From contig OZ242320.1 of assembly GCA_965208125.1 (NCBI GenBank), positions 4,544,001 to 4,608,000 of the forward strand: 64,000 nt of DNA, given 5' to 3'. Under the pieces are notes generated by a model. It was not told the DNA's origin, made no database searches, and saw nothing but the letters and a program-made list of their open reading frames with translations. Position numbers and translations under genes: made by a program. Shown piece after piece: positions 63,354-64,000 of the stretch; the stretch's first letter is position 1; each line of letters starts with the position of its first letter. Origin of the DNA: Candidatus Latescibacterota bacterium (GTDB taxonomy: Bacteria > Latescibacterota > UBA2968).

Positions 63354-64000
63354 ATGTCGAAGAAAGGCTATCGGGTGGACTGCCACACACACCTCTGGCG
63401 CTATCCGGGCGAGTTGACCGACGAATTGGCGCGCGAGACTTTTATTATGCGCAATAAAGAGGTAGATCTGGATATTACACCCGATATGCACATGGCAGCC
63501 GTGGCAGAGGTGGACTGCGCTATCGTGTTCGGGTTGCGGGCACCACTGACGGGCTTTTTTACTGTCAATGATACGGTTGCTGATTACGTGCGTACGCATC
63601 CGGTGAAGATGATCGGTTTTGCTGCGATCTGTCCAACGGAGGACAACGCGCTTGAGGAGGTTGAGCGCGCGGTCAAAGAGCTGGGGTTGCGGGGCCTGAA
63701 GATGAGTCCGATCTACGGTGGGTGGGACCCATTGGATGCGAATGCGCTGGCCATTTTTGCCAGGGCAGAAGAGTACGGGTTGCCCATTATGTTTCATCAG
63801 GGAACGACTTTTCCGCGCAAGGCACCGCTGAAGTATGCGAATCCCGTTCTGCTGGAGGAGATCGCGCTCCGGTTTCCAGATCTAAAAATGATAATCGCCC
63901 ATCTGGGACATCCCTGGGAGGCGGAGACTATTGTCCTGATCCGGAAGCAGCCAAATGTGTTTTCGGATATTTCGGGTCTGTTCTACCGCCCCTGGCAGTT
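63354..64000 (+). CDS. Amidohydrolase family 2 protein, truncated by the window edge
   Basis: Not in the ORF track. MSKKGYRVDCHTHL...LGLRGLK...PIMFHQG...IIAHLGHPW...NVFSDIS; AGGAGG RBS. Confidence 0.9.
   Translation, partial: MSKKGYRVDCHTHLWRYPGELTDELARETFIMRNKEVDLDITPDMHMAAVAEVDCAIVFGLRAPLTGFFTVNDTVADYVRTHPVKMIGFAAICPTEDNALEEVERAVKELGLRGLKMSPIYGGWDPLDANALAIFARAEEYGLPIMFHQGTTFPRKAPLKYANPVLLEEIALRFPDLKMIIAHLGHPWEAETIVLIRKQPNVFSDISGLFYRPWQ

Noticed and set aside
1-64000. CRISPR array, rRNA, prophage, IS, frameshifted or selenocysteine genes
   Set aside because: No spaced repeats, transposase or phage motifs, or interrupted reading frames were detected by eye.

Overview
Bacterial chromosomal window, roughly 50-55% GC, densely coding, with no rRNA, CRISPR array, integrase or transposase. 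A small housekeeping core (tRNA-Pro, tRNA-Gln, glnS, proS, tRNA-Glu, a DEAD-box helicase) sits among paralog-rich catabolic/tailoring genes: 6 Gfo/Idh/MocA oxidoreductases, 5 PhyH-like Fe(II)/2-oxoglutarate enzymes, 3 sulfatases, 3 enolase-superfamily enzymes, 2 DUF6785-like membrane proteins, 4 ABC half-transporters, a HlyD-like adaptor, an orphan MacB/FtsX permease, a heparinase II/III-like lyase, 2 tandem ceramidase-like hydrolases and a PIN/RHH toxin-antitoxin pair. This gene mix resembles uncultured marine or sponge-associated bacteria (Latescibacterota/Gemmatimonadota/Poribacteria-like); that is an inference, not a tested assignment. Main candidate system: three of the five PhyH-like proteins have H-x-G in place of the H-x-D/E iron ligand, which is the signature of radical halogenases. 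Two lie in a minus-strand sulfatase/ABC/MFP/DUF6785 locus and the third is divergent from it; the two halves of that locus begin with a similar 44-bp promoter block (34/44 identical). Also noted: cognate tRNAs next to their synthetases, covarying GTAG REPs (one supplies the glnS stop codon), single genes with reversed GC skew, and a long structured leader on the DEAD-box gene. All family calls come from motif reading by eye, not from database searches.
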